DNA from: Camelus ferus
Lineage: Eukaryota
DNA: 64,000 nucleotides
Direction of reading: 5' to 3'
Assembly (NCBI RefSeq): GCF_009834535.1
Contig: NC_045698.1
Span: forward strand, 7,628,001 to 7,692,000
Below the pieces are notes generated by a model that saw only the letters and a program-made list of their open reading frames with translations, was not told the origin of the DNA and made no database searches. Within the stretch, counting starts at the first letter, position 1. Each line of letters begins with the position of its first letter. Below are positions 12,041 through 25,679 of the stretch, in pieces. Made by a program: the position numbers and the translations under genes.

Positions 12041-15000
12041 GGAGATGCCGAATGGATCTGTGTCAGGAAGGAACTCTATACATTGCAAAGGTGAAACACA
12101 CACACACAGACACACACAGGATTCACAGGTCTGACCTTGGAATATTTGCCACTTTGTTAGCATCCTGGATCACAAAAAGATAAAAAGCTTTCTTTTCCAT
12201 GCCAATAGTGGTCACACAAACATAGTGAACGTTCCTAAAACCCGTTGGACTTCCTGCAGAAATGTGGCCAGCACCGACCACACAGATCAGGATGGGCAAG
12301 GATTCTCTGTCTGCCCAGGAAAGCAGCATCATGATGGGAAGTAGAGTAGCTACCGTGGGCAGACTAAGTTGATTTTCCATAAAAAAAGGCTAAAATTACA
12401 AAGAAGATGGTGCTGAGACTTGAATGAGGTGAGCCCAGCTGCAGATCTAAGAGAATGCTGGCTAGTAAGAGGTGCGAGCATTTTGAACTGGGAAGAGCTA
12501 AGAAGAGAAAGGGCCAAGTGATCCCGTTCTAAGCTGCATCTTTGCTTTTATGCTGAAGACAATAAAAGCTTGTGATTATGGTTTTTTTAAAAGATAAAAA
12601 GATTATAAAAAATACTTCGGCTAAAATCCAATTCGTTTGCATATATATAAATGTCTGTAATACAATTTGAAAATGATGATGGTTTTTGTCCTGTTGACCC
12701 CATGAGACGTGCAGCTTCCAAGTTTCTGAAGTGAAATGGAAATTTTGCCATTATTTATGCTTTTCAGTGTCTTTAACGATTCAGCAAAGGGCGATGACAG
12801 ACTCCCCAGATCGCAGCATGCCTAAAAATTCTTTCTTCCCAAGCAGCAAAGACCATCTGTTTTTAAACTGTGAAGGAGCCGCTGACACTTTATTAAGCTG
12901 TTGCTTTACCTAAATTGCAGTTATCTAAAGTGACACTTCCCCTCCACTCCTGCTTCCCAAAGTGCAGAAACCAGAACTCCTCCTTATTTGGCAAATTGCG
13001 TGTGGCTGTTCCTCACTTGAGGAGTACACAGAGTCAATATTTTTGTTTAATTTTAAAGCATCACAGAGTGTGGCTGCGTTTCTTGGATATTCGCTTTTTC
13101 TTCCTCTGTTTTTTGGGGTTTTTTTTTTTTTTCACTTCTCTCCTGCTATAAGAGTGGATACACTGAAAATTCTATTTCTAGCAGAAGGAAGAAACCCATG
13201 TTTGGAGGAAGACTCATTTACTGGTTATTTTAAATCTTTTGTTGATCACACCTGATCATCTGTGGACTTACTGGTTGTTGCAAATCTCAGAGTGATACAG
13301 ACCAAGAGAATCTAGATTTGATTACTTGCCTCTTCAGTGAAGAAAACTCCTTCCTGAAATTGCAGCTCCTTTCTTTTTTTTCTGGCTTTCTGGTTTCCCT
13401 GCAGATCAGTCTACCTCGATCTGGGCTGTGACTTTTATCTGCCTCTCGCCTACCCGTGTGGATGAACATTTCACATGCTATGAGAGGTGCTTTAAGCGTC
13501 ACTGTGTGGCTGAGCCTCTAGATCTAAAAGGAACATCTATTAGGAACAATTTTCAAAAGAATCATCAGATTCTGGAGTCAGAGTCTCAGTTTCATGTCTT
13601 TGGTACTTGTTCACGTGTTTTTATTTGACATCTTTTCTCGGTTTACTTTCAGCCGCTGCGTTCAGAAGAAAAATGAGAGGTGTCAAATAAAGTGGTGTGG
13701 GAGGAGTAGAGAAGATAAACACTCTGCGTCTCTAAACAGTTGGAGACTTCCCTTCTCGCCCCTGAGCTTCATTATTTCCTTTTCATCTCTCTACTGGTCA
13801 AAGCCCACACTCACTGTGCTGGTGGTGGAGACCTTAACTGTGGTGGCGGTGGGGGATGCCACAGGTAAGACAATGGGCAGGAAGGGCGTGGAGGCAGAGT
13901 TCTGGGGCCCTGGGTGTGTGCAGGGTGAGGCTAGGGGTCTGGGACAGAACCCAGGAAATCTCATGGAGCAGAGGACGCAGATTTCCAAGAGAAGGAGAGT
14001 GCTGCTGCACACAGGTAAACTCCCGAGAGTGCCTGGGGGTGCAGGAGTGCAGGTGAGCGAGATGCTGGAATCCAGCAGTACAAGGAGCATCAAGACTGTC
14101 CGCTGGAGGGGCCGGGGGCCAGCAAAGCAAAGAGCCCCCAGACTGCCCCAGCCAAGCCAGTGGACTCCTTGCTGTTTGTTCCTAATCGTCATGAAGCCTG
14201 ACTAACTCTTAAGTACAGTAGGTCAGATTTAGCTAGCAGCCAGGTTTACTTGTCTGCAATAGAACAGTCTACACACGCTTAGCTCCTGGATGTGCAGAGA
14301 GACGTGTGCAGAGCTTCCCAAACGTGTGAACCCCGGGGGATGTACTTGGCAGACTGAGGCTCCAGTGGCAAGAAGATTCTTCACATGTCCAGGTCCCCAT
14401 AACTCTGTGCCCTTATCCTGTTCTCCTGGGCTTCTCTCTGGGAAGGAATGGGATTAAGAGATGGGAAGCGCAGGGGAGGAGGAGAGGAGGCAGTCCCCTA
14501 CATTTCCTCTTTTGAGCCAAACTACAGACTTTCTGAAATGACTCTCCAGCCAGGCTGTCCACAGGAGAAGCCATAGCAAGAGCTGAGAGGACGCCCTTAT
14601 GCACAGCAAACCTCTTCCCTTGGCCTTGGCTGAAACTCCATTCACCTGGACTGCTGTCAACTCAGAGACCGGCTAAATAACTATAATGGCGGGCAATAGG
14701 TTGCTATAAAAGGCTTCCAGGCAAGGTGCAAATGATGGAGTCAGACCCCATCCTGCTTTAATAGGGGAGAGGGAAATAAAGATGCTGCCCGGACAAAAAG
14801 GGGGAGAGAAGAAAAGCTAGAGATTCTAAAGGTCTCTGTTAAACTACAGGGATTTAACTGTTTTCTCTTGATCTGGACTGGTTTGTTCAAGTTCAAGGCA
14901 AAAAGTGATCTGGAAGTTCAGCTAGTTCAATACAGTCACTTCACAAGGGAGGAGCACTTGTCCCTAGAGGTTAATGCCTTGTCATGGGTCATCGAGCAGG

Positions 15001-15639
15001 TCGATAGGAGAAGTGGGTCTAGGACTAGGTCTCTGGATTTGCAATCCTGATTTTTTTCATTGAAACAGGTTATTTACAATGTCCACGAGGGCACAATGAA
15101 AACCGTGGGGTATATTCCCTGCCAAAGCTCTGCGTAGAAGTAACTTAGCAGGGATGAGAGGGTGGAGGGTAATGAGCTGGGAACCTTAAACAGGGACTGG
15201 AGAGCAGCCTGGTCCTGTCTCCTATTTCTACCTCCTCCTGCACATCCTCCCCCAGGATCCTGTGTCTGCAGCTCCCCTGGGGCCTCAATGTGACCTTATC
15301 TGCAAACTTCCAAGTTTAGTTCCAGTCTAAATTTGATTATTTGGGAGATACTTATTCTATTTGAATTTTTTTTTTTAATTCTGATTTGCTGTGAACAATT
15401 GTATTCTGCTTTGTCTTCGCCACTCCTTTTTTTTCTGAGGTTCTTCTGTTAGGACCCATTTTTCAAATTCAGATGGAATCTGAGGGGTAGACTTTGACCA
15501 CTGACCTTCTCAAACTCAAATGCAGGAAGGGGCCAGGGCTCATTTTGCAGTTTGCAGAATTTCACTGACTCTCTCAGATTTTAGCCTGGCTCTTGCTCAA
15601 GTCTGAGCTGGGATTTGCCAAGTCTGGAGCCCACCTATT

Positions 15640-16850
15640 TTCAATGTACGCACAGAGTTCTCTGCTAGGGAAAGAGCGAGGAACTGGTTCCAACCTTTCC
15701 TGACGCAGTCTTTCAGCCAGTTCTGTGTGGAGTTCTACACGCACCCCTGCTCTCAGAGGTACCAGGTCTTTGCAGTGGGAATCAGTCTGCTTTCGGGTTT
15801 TGTCACTGTTAGCTTAGCTTTCTCTGGGTTAAACATTAATTACTAGTATTTTATCACTGCACCCCCTCTCCCATTCCATCCGTCCTTTTGGGTTTCTGCC
15901 TCCTTTCCTTTCCTTTCCTTTCCTTTCCTTTCCTTTCCTTTCCTTTCCTTTCCTTTCCTTTCCTTTCCTTTCCTTTCCTTTCCTTTCCTTTCCTTTCCTT
16001 TTCTTCTTACCACTATCACTTATGGGAAATTTTCAGGAAAGAGGATGACAGATGTTTATATTCAAGGTGCCACGTCTAACTAGAAACTCCCTTGAAAAAA
16101 ATGCCTCACTGCCTCTCTCTGTGCTACATTTTGGATAATTTGTTTAGATCTAGTGCTTTCAGCTGGCTAATTCTCACATCAGTTTTGTCTAATCTGCTAT
16201 TTAACCTAATCACTGGGTTTTTAATCTTAATGGACCTACTTTTCTCCTCCACACGTCCAATTTATCTGCTAGAAGGCCCTCCATCTCCCCCTCCCCCGTG
16301 CCGTCTCGCTCTTTCATTAGGATCATTTTCCTTGATCCTTCTGTTACTCTTTTTAGCAGGTGTCCTTTACAGTCTCTTCATGACTCTGCTAAGCTCTCAA
16401 GCCTCTGAGTGTGCTACTTCTGTCTTCTTTCTTTCCTTCTGTGGTTGTGATCGTTGAATCCCAGTATGGTAAACCGTTTCCTCTTCTGTTTTTAATTTTT
16501 GATAACGAGCTCATGTTTAGTGATTTCTTTCATTCTGCGGGAGGCCCTTGCGCCCCGAGTTAGAGAAGGGTCCCTAAAGAGGGTTTTTGCACCTGCTTCC
16601 ACCAGGAACCACAGGGGTTCACTTGTTTGGGATATTTTGTTGTTATTTGTTGAGATCCCTGTATTCTTTGCATCGTGTAAGTTCAGAGTCCACATCTATG
16701 CTTTGTACAAAATTACTGTTTTGATTTCTCACTGGAGACTTTAATATTGTTTTTCACCCAGATCCCCAGGCAGAGATCAGTCTCATTGCCCCTTTCTCGG
16801 GCCAGTAGGAAGATAGTTTTTTTTTTTTTTGCTGTTTCTGCTGGTTATTC
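15640..16850 (-). mobile_element. Ancient L1/HAL1-like 5'/ORF1 fragments, interrupted by the microsatellite
   Basis: CTCTGTGCTACATTTTGGATAATTT...TTTGTCTAATCTGCTATTTAACC resembles antisense ORF1 of old L1ME/HAL1. Boundaries uncertain. Confidence 0.45.
15901..16001. repeat. (TCCTT)20 pentanucleotide microsatellite
   Basis: Uninterrupted array read directly from the sequence. Confidence 0.98.
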
Positions 16851-16879
16851 AGCCCTGGATTCTCCGCTTTGACCACCTT

Positions 16880-17230
16880 CTTTCTACACACTAGTTTCTG
16901 ATGCCAGGGCTGGGATTCGGCAAACCACCGTTCTCTTTTGCCATCTGGCTTTCTCTCAGCTTTTGCCAATAGGGGGCTCAGATTGAGAATGGGAGGCAGA
17001 AGGAGAGTGAAGAGACTTCCTGTTTGCTTACTATTCTGAAGCATCGCTTTGGCAACAGTTCATCATCCTAATGATGGCAGTGCCTCTTAATTTCTAGCTT
17101 CTTACACCACCTGGGTCAGCCTCACCCCCAGAAACACCAGTACCAGCTGGGCTGCACTCCTTCCTTAGAGCTCTGGGTCTTAGGTCTGCAAGTTCCCTCC
17201 TCCAAAGTTCTAGGTTCTGATAGCCCCACT
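16880..17230. mobile_element. ERVL LTR fragment (LTR33-like)
   Basis: GGGCTGGGATTCGGCAAACCAC...TTGCCATCTGGCTT...TTTGCCAATAGGGGGC resembles the recalled LTR33 core. Confidence 0.5.
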
Positions 17231-17265
17231 CCTGAGCAAGAACATATGGCCCAGACCGACAACCA

Positions 17266-17800
17266 TGCGTTAAACGGCTTCTAAGGTGGCTCCCAAGCGT
17301 CCCTGTCTCCTGGTATTCATGCCCTTGTAGAATTCCCACCCCTTGAGCATGAGCTGGCCCTAATAAACAAATAGAATGTAGCAAAAATGGTGGGATGCTA
17401 TCTGAGATTGGTTACAGTAAGACTCTGGCTTCCGTCTTTCCTACCGTCTCTCACTGTCTCACTTGCTTCTTGTGATGGAAGCTTGTTGCCATATCACGAG
17501 CTGCCCTAGAGGGTGACCCAGTGGGGCAGATCTGAGGGAGGCCAACAGTGAACTGAAGCCTTCAGGCCAGTGGCTCCTGAGGAACGGAATCCTGCCAACA
17601 GCCACACGAGTGAGCTTGGAAGCAAACCCACCCCCCAGATGTTACCCTGATTTCAGCCTGAGGAGGGACCCTGAGTCAGAGGGCTCGGCAAAGCCACATC
17701 CAGTTGCCTGACCTACAGAAGCTGTGAGATAACGAATGGTTGTTGTTTTAAGCTGAGAGGCTTTGGAGTGATTTGCTACACAGCCATAGATAATTCATCC
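17266..17800 (+). mobile_element. MaLR solo LTR (MLT1F-like)
   Basis: CTTCTAAGGTGGCTCCCAA...CTCCTGGTATTCATGCCCTTGT start and GTGATTTGCTACACAGCCATAGATAA end. Confidence 0.85.
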
Positions 17801-19544
17801 GGCTCCACTTCTGATAATAACAGTGACTTTTTGATGGCGGCAGAAGGCTTCCAAAGGTGCTGGGTTTGTGTAGGCCTAGCAGATCTAGTTACCTCCAGCT
17901 CCCCAGGGTCTAAACCGCAACACCTCTCCCCATGTTGGGCATTAAAGCCCTGGCCCCCGGCTGGTAGGGCCCTTGTCCAAACGTGCATCTTACGGCATCA
18001 TCTCTCTGCGTGAGCTCCCTGTTAGTTTCTGCCAGCACCAGAGAATTTCCCCTACATTTGAACTTGACTATGTACCTTTTAAACAGTTTGTAATATTTGC
18101 CCAGGATTTCTCTGTATTTGAGGAAGAAATGGACATCCCCAGTTCTCTCCACTGCCAGAAATCCAAAGTCAAGTGGAAGACTCTGGATACCCACACATAA
18201 AATCAGAAAGTCTCTGTATTTTAATTCTCTGCATTTAAACAGATTGAGCTTTACCAGTTGCTAAAACACAAACTCTAGCTCATAATATGAATGGTCTCCC
18301 AGGATGAATGTCATTAGGGCAATCTGGTAGCTTAATTGCTTCCTCCCTGATGACTTATGGCTTGGAACAGCTAGGAAAGTAGGGTATCAAAACAAATACT
18401 TGAAGGCCAAGGATAAAATATGTTAATAATTAGTAACAGCTAGAAGCAAAGTTAATTCTCAGTGGGCCCGTAATGCCAGCTATTTAATGCAAATTAACAA
18501 ATGGCATTTTAATGTAAAGGACTTGAAAGCTAATATTCTAATTTTCTAAGTAAGATCAATAATTCAACAAACAATAATGTTTTGAAGGAAGGAATTTAGA
18601 ATGAGAGCGATAACTTTATTTCAGAGATAAGTGAAATGCTATATGAAGTTTATATTTGTGGATCCCAAATTAGACCAAATTAGAGTTCTATGCCACGTGC
18701 ATTGGAAGGAAAAGCTCATAAAAGTGAAAAGTGCAAGCAATAGCTGATCAGAAAGTGATAAAATTGGTCTTATAACACTAGATAATGAAGCCATCTTTTA
18801 TTTCTTTGAAGGCTTATGAAGGATAATTCTGAATGAAAATGGTGCTGCTTTGAATTCTTCCATCTTGTGTTTCAGATGAAAGTTTAATAAATGAATAGTG
18901 AAACAGCATTCTGATTTCTGGTACCCAGTTGCTCTGGATGAATCATTTTGCCTTGAAGTATAAAAACACATCCCTGTATTCAGACTGCAGCCTCACTGTG
19001 GCCAGGAGTGACATGATTTTTGTGGCTAGTTTGTATAAGATGCTGAAAAAAATACCACTCAAGGCTGAGAACCTCCATGGGTGTAGTCCCTTGCAGTCAA
19101 CAAACATATTCCTACATTTCCTCTCATGACCCTTAAAACAAGCTTGTATGATAGCTATTCTTAGCCTCGTTTGACAGATGAGGGAATTAATAAATGATGA
19201 TTTGCCTGGGGTTGTACAACTTGCAAATGCAGAATTTGTCCCTGGACCTCCAGGTCATCATCATGTTCAGAGTGATTTCCGTTGTGCCCCCTCCCCACGC
19301 AGCTCCTTCAAATGTGTCTGCATTTTTACCTCTGTAATGGCTGGCAAAGCCAAACAAGCAGCCTCTGTTATCATTCTGCAGTGTTTTAAAGCACATTGGC
19401 CCCTCCAGCTGTCCTGTCCTAACGTTTGTTTGCAGGGTTTTATTTTGAATTTGTTCTTTATCAGACAGAGTTCTAATGCAACTTTAACGATAGTGGACCG
19501 TAAACACCTTCTGTGGTAAGTTCTATACTCTTCTGAGCTGGGTG

Positions 19545-20190
19545 TTATTTTTTTCACCTCAATTGAAAAAAAGAAAAACTTTTCTTGCCGTATATCATAG
19601 TACAGTAAAATTCCACCCAATGAATGTTCAAGAATGGAACACAGCCATGTATTCAGGTTTTGAGCAAGAAACAAAAAGCTTCCAACCCCCCAGAAACCCC
19701 TCATGTTCCCGCTCACTCCCTCAGAGGTAATCACTCCCTCAAAAGTTAATCACTGGGCTGACTTCTAATGGCATAAATGGGCTTTGCCTATTTTTATGCT
19801 TCTTTTGTATGAAATCTCTTGTGTTTCTAGCTCCTCTTCCTCAGGAGTGTGTTTGGGAGCCTCATACATGTTGTAGAATGCAGTTGTAGGATGTTCATTC
19901 TCAATGCTGCATAATATTCCACCACGTGGATTTTTATTATCTTCCTACAATATTATTGTATATAAAATATTATAATAGAGTAGGCAACTAATAGAATAGA
20001 CAAATATTCTAGAATAGCTGTATTTATCCATTCTACAGTTGTTGGGCATCTGGGCGGTTTCCAGTTTGGGGCTATTACTAATAGTCTTCATCTAAACATT
20101 CTACAACATTTTTTTGATGAACATAGGTACAAAGTTTTTGGGGGAGATATGACCCAATATTTGAATCACATTTGATATTCTTCCACCAGC
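19545..20190 (-). mobile_element. Old L1 3' fragment (L1MB/MC/ME-type)
   Basis: TTCATTCTCAATGCTGCATAATATTCCA and GGGCATCTGGGCGGTTTCCAGTTTGGGGCTATTACTAATAG. Confidence 0.75.
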
Positions 20191-21574
20191 AGAAATAAAA
20201 ATATATACTGAATATAATTTCCCATCTATATGTTTCATGTTGATAATCTAAATCGTAATTTATGGAAAGTCAAGATCTCTGGTAGCAAATATGTGTCATT
20301 CACTTAGACTTCACCAATTTAAAATTTGTAATCATTTAGACTGGAACTCAACTGATAATTCTCTTGTTTAGCAAACATTGTCTTCAAAGTTTATGTTGAT
20401 ATCTTCAATACGGAAGGATAACTTTCAAATTCAAGACGCAATCATCAAACACTCTAGAAACCACATTTTTGCTCATAACTCATAGGGTAATTGCAAATGG
20501 GTCTCAGGAAGAAATAAAAGCAAGGTATCCCAGGAAATATTTTTTGCAATAATAAACTTTTTCAGTAGGCCTGAATTGGTGATACTTTAATAGACAATTT
20601 CTTGTATAAATAATTCTACATTCTATCATTCCAAATGATCTGACCTATATGTGGCTCTGCCCTAGGTGAATAAATCTAGCTTGCATACAATCACAGAACA
20701 CTTCTCTGCATGTAGAACTTTTCCCCAGTTACTCAAGAAGGGCACAAGTAATAAGGTAGTTCTCATCATGTTGAAATATTCATTGAGCAATTTGTGCCTG
20801 GAAGCCCTGGTGTAAACTGTAAAGTGCTCTATCAGGAGTAGTTACTAGTGATTGTTACAGACAGGTTCTCTCCCCTCTGCATCATTCTTTCCTAAATGCT
20901 TCTTCTGCAGAGTTACAAAGATGGAGTTGGGTCATTTCTAACTAATCTCCCTAAACTTCCCTTCTTTTTGTCTTTCTTTATTATCCAGCCCCTTGACTTA
21001 ATTCTTTTTTGATTAAGCCAGACTCCCAATACTCCTACCACCTCCTAAGGATAAAGCTTTTCTCCATCTGCTACACATGAGTTGGGAGACGTGCTTATTG
21101 GGGAAAGTATCTGGTGTCCTGGGAGTATAGGAGAGGAGCATTAAAGCTGCTCTGGGGAAAAGCGGAGAGAACCGGGGGGAGGAAGGGCATCGGGGGTATT
21201 TCCAGATGGCATGATCTTTAGACCAAGAACCTGAAGGGTGGGTACGTGTGGGGTTGTGTGTTTGGAGCAGAAAGAGCTGTGCTTATGACACCTCAGATGA
21301 GCCAGGCAGTGACGCTTCTCATTGGCTGTGTGTCGGAATGCCCTGGTATAGCAGATATCTGCAACGACAGTGATGCTGTGTAACAAGTAACCACACAACC
21401 CCAGTGGTGCACAGCAATCAGTGATGGCTGCCTGTGCCCCTGAGGTGGTTGGAAACAACTCTGCCAGATGTAATTTAGGAAAATTATTCACAGTCTTACA
21501 AACCCATGTCCACAGCCAAGGACTATGTGCCCTGCAGGAAGCACAGCAGGGGAGAGGGCTGGCTCTGGATTCAC

Positions 21575-21765
21575 ACACTTGAGTGCAAAGCCTGACTCCC
21601 ACATCCGGGATGCATGGTCCTGGGCAGGCTATTTACGTACCTTATCTGTGAAATGGGAATAGAAATAACAGCCACCTTGGAGAATTGTTCTGAAGGTTAA
21701 CTCGAGATAATACATGAGAAAGCTGGGCACACAGCCTGGGCCACCGTTAGCACTCAGTAAGTGGT
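21575..21765 (+). mobile_element. MIR SINE
   Basis: Core TATCTGTGAAATGGGAATA and 3' end CACAGCCTGGGCC...GCACTCAGTAAGTG. Confidence 0.7.
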
Positions 21766-22460
21766 GGTCTGAGGCTATGCCAAGTTGGAGAGTGAAACTA
21801 TTCATTGCTCTTTATTAAGCTTTTCTCTGTAAGTTCTTTAGAGAATTGGTCATTGAGAACAGTATCAATAACATCATAGAGAGCATTAAAATTCACAAAC
21901 TGCCTTCACATACCTTCTTTGATCAACATAATAATCTGGGTGGTAAATAAGGATGAGAAAATTGAGGTTCGGAAATGTTAAAAGTTTCATGCAAAGTTAT
22001 TCAGCTAATATAGCTCACAGATGGAATCCATCTCCTGGCTGGGTTGTAATCATACGCCAGATGTTCAAATAGTTAAGTTTAGAGAGTGAAACTCCAGAAA
22101 TGCACACGCTAACTTTCCCTTCAAAATCCCCCACAAAAAAGTGTGGGGTGCAGGATGAGACAAGCTGGGTTCACATCCCGACTGCCCCGAAGAACGTCGG
22201 AGGCTCGGAGGAGGTAATGTAGGGGGAATGACTTTCTGTATTGCAATGTACCACGCCATTCGTTGTAAAAATGTAGTCCAACTGTGTTTGTTCTAGTCTT
22301 AGCTGACCGACATGATATGGCTTACATCACAACTTTTAACTTCTTAAAGGTTTGCAAAAAAATTTGAAGTTTCATATATAAAGAAAGGTAGACTTAAGAA
22401 AAAAACCTATTATTTTATTATATTTTATCTATTACTTTGACTTCTTAAATATGATTAGTC

Positions 22461-22759
22461 TTTTTTTATTGCTGTATATTTGATTTACAATGTTGTGTTA
22501 GTTTCTCGAGAACAGCAAAGTGATTCAGTTATACATGTATATATTCTCCTTCATACTGTTTTTCATGATGGTTTATTATAATATACGGAATTTAGTTCCC
22601 TGTGCTGTACAGTAGGACCCTGTTGTCTGTCTATTCTGTATGTGGTACTCTGTATCTGCTGACCTCAAACTCCCGATTTATCCCTACCCCCACCTCCCAC
22701 TTCCCCTTTGGAAACCGCAAGGTTGTTTTCTACATCTGTGAGTTTCTTCCTGTTTTGAA
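22461..22759 (-). mobile_element. L1 3' end (laurasiatherian/artiodactyl L1MA9-like)
   Basis: TTTTATTGCTGTATATTTGATTTACAATGTTGTGTTAGTTTC...AGTTCCCTGTGCTGTACAGTAGGACC. Confidence 0.9.
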
Positions 22760-23469
22760 AGAAGCTCGCGGATATAGAAAGGTAGATGTTTTTAATGACA
22801 TAAGTCAACTAACGTTTGGAAGGAGCCATTTTTCTGGCTCAAGGTATCCTTGCTGAACTATGACAAGTGTTTGCCGCAGTAATTGGGCTTCATGCCACTT
22901 CAGGTTGGGGTCAGGGTGGAGTCAATTAAAGACTCACATTTTATTAGAAGACTTCCTTTCTTTCTCGAATTATTGAGAGAGAGAGTGTGTGTACAAGACA
23001 GTGAGAGGCCATGCGTATCCCTTCCACATCTCTGAATTCTAACCTTCCTGCCAGTGGAAGCCCCAGTCCCCCTTCTCTGTCTCACCTCCTCTATTCACCG
23101 TAGGCGGCAGGGGTCTTTTCTTCCTACCAACGCCTGTCATTTCCTAGCGGAGCGGCACCTGTGACACTTCCGTGCTAGCACCAGGCAATGAGCAGGCGCT
23201 GTATTTTTAGGTAACAGTTACAGTAGTATATTGAGCACTTACTTTATGCCAAGTATTGTCCTAAGCATCTTACTCAAATAAGCTCATTTAATCTTAAAAC
23301 ACTCCATTAAGTAGGCAAGAATTTGAAAATACAAATGGAAATGTTTTCACTTCCTAACACTATTTTAAAGGGCTTTGAGCCTTACTGTGTTCTTTTGGGG
23401 TGGTGAGTGGAGGAGTGATGAGTTGAACCTTGGATGTGTAGGCGCAGGGTAAATGTTTAAAAAAATATA

Positions 23470-23597
23470 TTTTTCTTTTTTTTGTGGAGGGAGGTAATTA
23501 GATTTATTTCTTTATTTTTAATGGAGATACTGGGGATTGACCCCAGGACCTCATGCTTGCTAAGCATAGCACTCTGCCACTGAACTACACCTTCCCC
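23470..23597 (-). mobile_element. tRNA-derived SINE, Vic-1-like
   Basis: GGAGGTAATTAGATTTATTT...TACTGGGGATTGACCCCAGGACCTCATGCTTGCTAAGCAT...CCACTGAACTACACCTTCCCC. Confidence 0.9.
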
Positions 23598-23677
23598 GCT
23601 GAGGGTAAGCGTTAAGTGTTAAATTTACCAACGGAAGAAAACATTTCCCATCTTCACCATCCCATTTCATTCACAAC

Positions 23678-23950
23678 ATTTTATTATAAAATTTTTCAAA
23701 TATACAGAAAGTGAGAAGAATGGGGAGAATAGCACAATAGGATCTAAACTCTAAGCTCAACAATTGCAAATATTATATATGTATATATGTGTGTGTGTAT
23801 ATAGATGGTGTTTGCTGAATCATTTGAAAGTTAGTTGCCAATATCTTGACATTTCATCCCTAAATACTACAGCACACATCTCCTTAAAATAAGGGCAATC
23901 ACTTACGTAACCACAGTACTGCTATCACAGACAAGAAAATTAACAATCAC
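23678..23950 (-). mobile_element. Ancient L1 (L1MC4/L1ME-type) 3' UTR fragment
   Basis: TTTTATTATAAAATTTTTCAAATATACAGAAAGT...TGCTGAATCATTTGAAAGTTAGTTGC...CCCTAAATACT. Confidence 0.65.
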
Positions 23951-24609
23951 ATTGAATATGGCTTGTCTTTCTCTATTTGACCAGCAAAAAGACAATAGAG
24001 AAAAACATTATGAATTTGAATTCTAACAATCTAGTATTCTAGATGATCTGCAAATATTATAGTCTTTCTTCTTCCTTGGAAAGCATTTGATGCTTTGATG
24101 GGAAGAAAGACCATTTGTTAATACTTTGAAAATTGGAATTCACTCTTTTAATGAGGTAAATATGGACATGCCCATGGCTGTGACTCGGAAAATTAAGACT
24201 GAAAGTTATAAATAAATAGTTTTGGGTCTATAGATTAGAACCCTGGTCCCCACCTCCCCCCCCCCCCACAGTCCAAGTAAACTTAGGGCCAATCAACGAT
24301 TCGCAAATGCAGCCTTTAACCAAGGGATTTACCAGTTTAATGAACAAGAAATCATACACAAGTCCAAAATGTAACAGTTAATAGACAGGACTTCAACCTC
24401 CATTTTTGGACTGTGCACCAGCTAAGGATCCAATTACAGCAGTGAGCTAGTGACAGATTACGGCTTTCTTTTTCCATTTATGAAATAAATCACTATTTTT
24501 GCTGACCACAGAGAAGTGTAACTTTAAGAATCTTGAAAAAAATAACTTGTAAACTTTGCTTCATATTTATTTCCTCCAAGCCAACGAGCACTCTAAGTCT
24601 TCTCTTGTT

Positions 24610-24770
24610 CTTTTTAAATTTAATTTTATTTTCTTATTTGTAAGGGGAGATCATTAGGGCTACTTATTTATTCACAATTATTATTTTTTTTTTAATGGCG
24701 GTTATGGGGTTTGAACCCAGGACCCAGTGCATACTAAGCAGGAGCTCTACCACTGAGCTATACCCTCCCC
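24610..24770 (-). mobile_element. tRNA-derived SINE, Vic-1-like
   Basis: TTGAACCCAGGACC...CTCTACCACTGAGCTATACCCTCCCC. TSD AGTCTTCTCTTGTT (24596-24609) / AGACTTCCCTTGTT (24775-24788). Confidence 0.9.
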
Positions 24771-25240
24771 AGCGAGACTTCCCTTGTTGATACAGTTTTC
24801 TAATATACTAGAATTTCCTTCAAGTATTTGATTATACTTAAGTTGCCTGACAATTTTGCTTGAACAACAGGACATTTCTTTTTTTTTATTTTGACAATAA
24901 TGATTAATATTAGCTTATCTCTGACAGAGGTAATGTTTGCTTCTTCGTTGCTCAGGTATGGAACTGTATTTGGCCATTCCTAGTTCTTATGGATAGCGGA
25001 AAATGTTATGTAATATCTTATACAAGAATATATAAGTAAGCAAGAAATATTTAATAATCATATTGTGTTAATATTGGAGAACGTATGAGTTTTTGCTGAT
25101 GGAGAGATGAGTAGTAATGACAGCAGAAGTGTTCCAAAAGGAAATAACAGTCTTTGCTAAGATGCTTCCATAAGATGTGAAAGTTAGAAAGTAGCAACTA
25201 GATTTTAAGTGCCCTTAAAATATCTGATACAAAACCAGGC

Positions 25241-25656
25241 TGCTATGGGGTGAACTGTGCTCCCTTCCTGGCCAAAATGACATGTTGACGTCCTAAGCTC
25301 AGTATCTGAGAATGTGGTCTTTTTTGGAAATAGGGTCTTTACAGAGGTAATTAAGTGAAAATGAGGTCATTAGAATGGACGCTAATAAATTATAGCCAGT
25401 GTCCTTATAAAAAGAGACACACACACACAGGGAGAACGTCATGCGAAGATGAAGGCAGAGATCAGGGTGATGCTTCTACAAGCCAAGGGACAGCAAAGAT
25501 TGACAGCAAGCCACCAGGCGCAACCTCAGAAGCAACCAACTCTACTGGCAACTTAATCTCAGACTTCCGGTCTCTGGAGCTGTGAGACAGTAAGTTTGTT
25601 GTTTAAGTCGCCCAGACTATGGTACTGGGTTACTGCAGCCCTAGGAGACCCATACC
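25241..25656 (+). mobile_element. MaLR solo LTR (MLT1B/C-like)
   Basis: TGCTATGGGGTGAACTGTG start, TTTGGAAATAGGGTCTTTACAGAGGTAATTAAG core, exact 5-bp TSD CAGGC on both sides. Confidence 0.9.
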
Positions 25657-25679
25657 CAGGCCAAGTTTGGACTGTGAGG

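Noticed and set aside
13594..14205. 203-aa plus ORF, 133-aa minus ORF and a good donor CAG/GTAAGA near 13864
   Set aside because: No family resemblance, only a weak acceptor and no partner exons. A non-coding exon cannot be excluded without RNA-seq.
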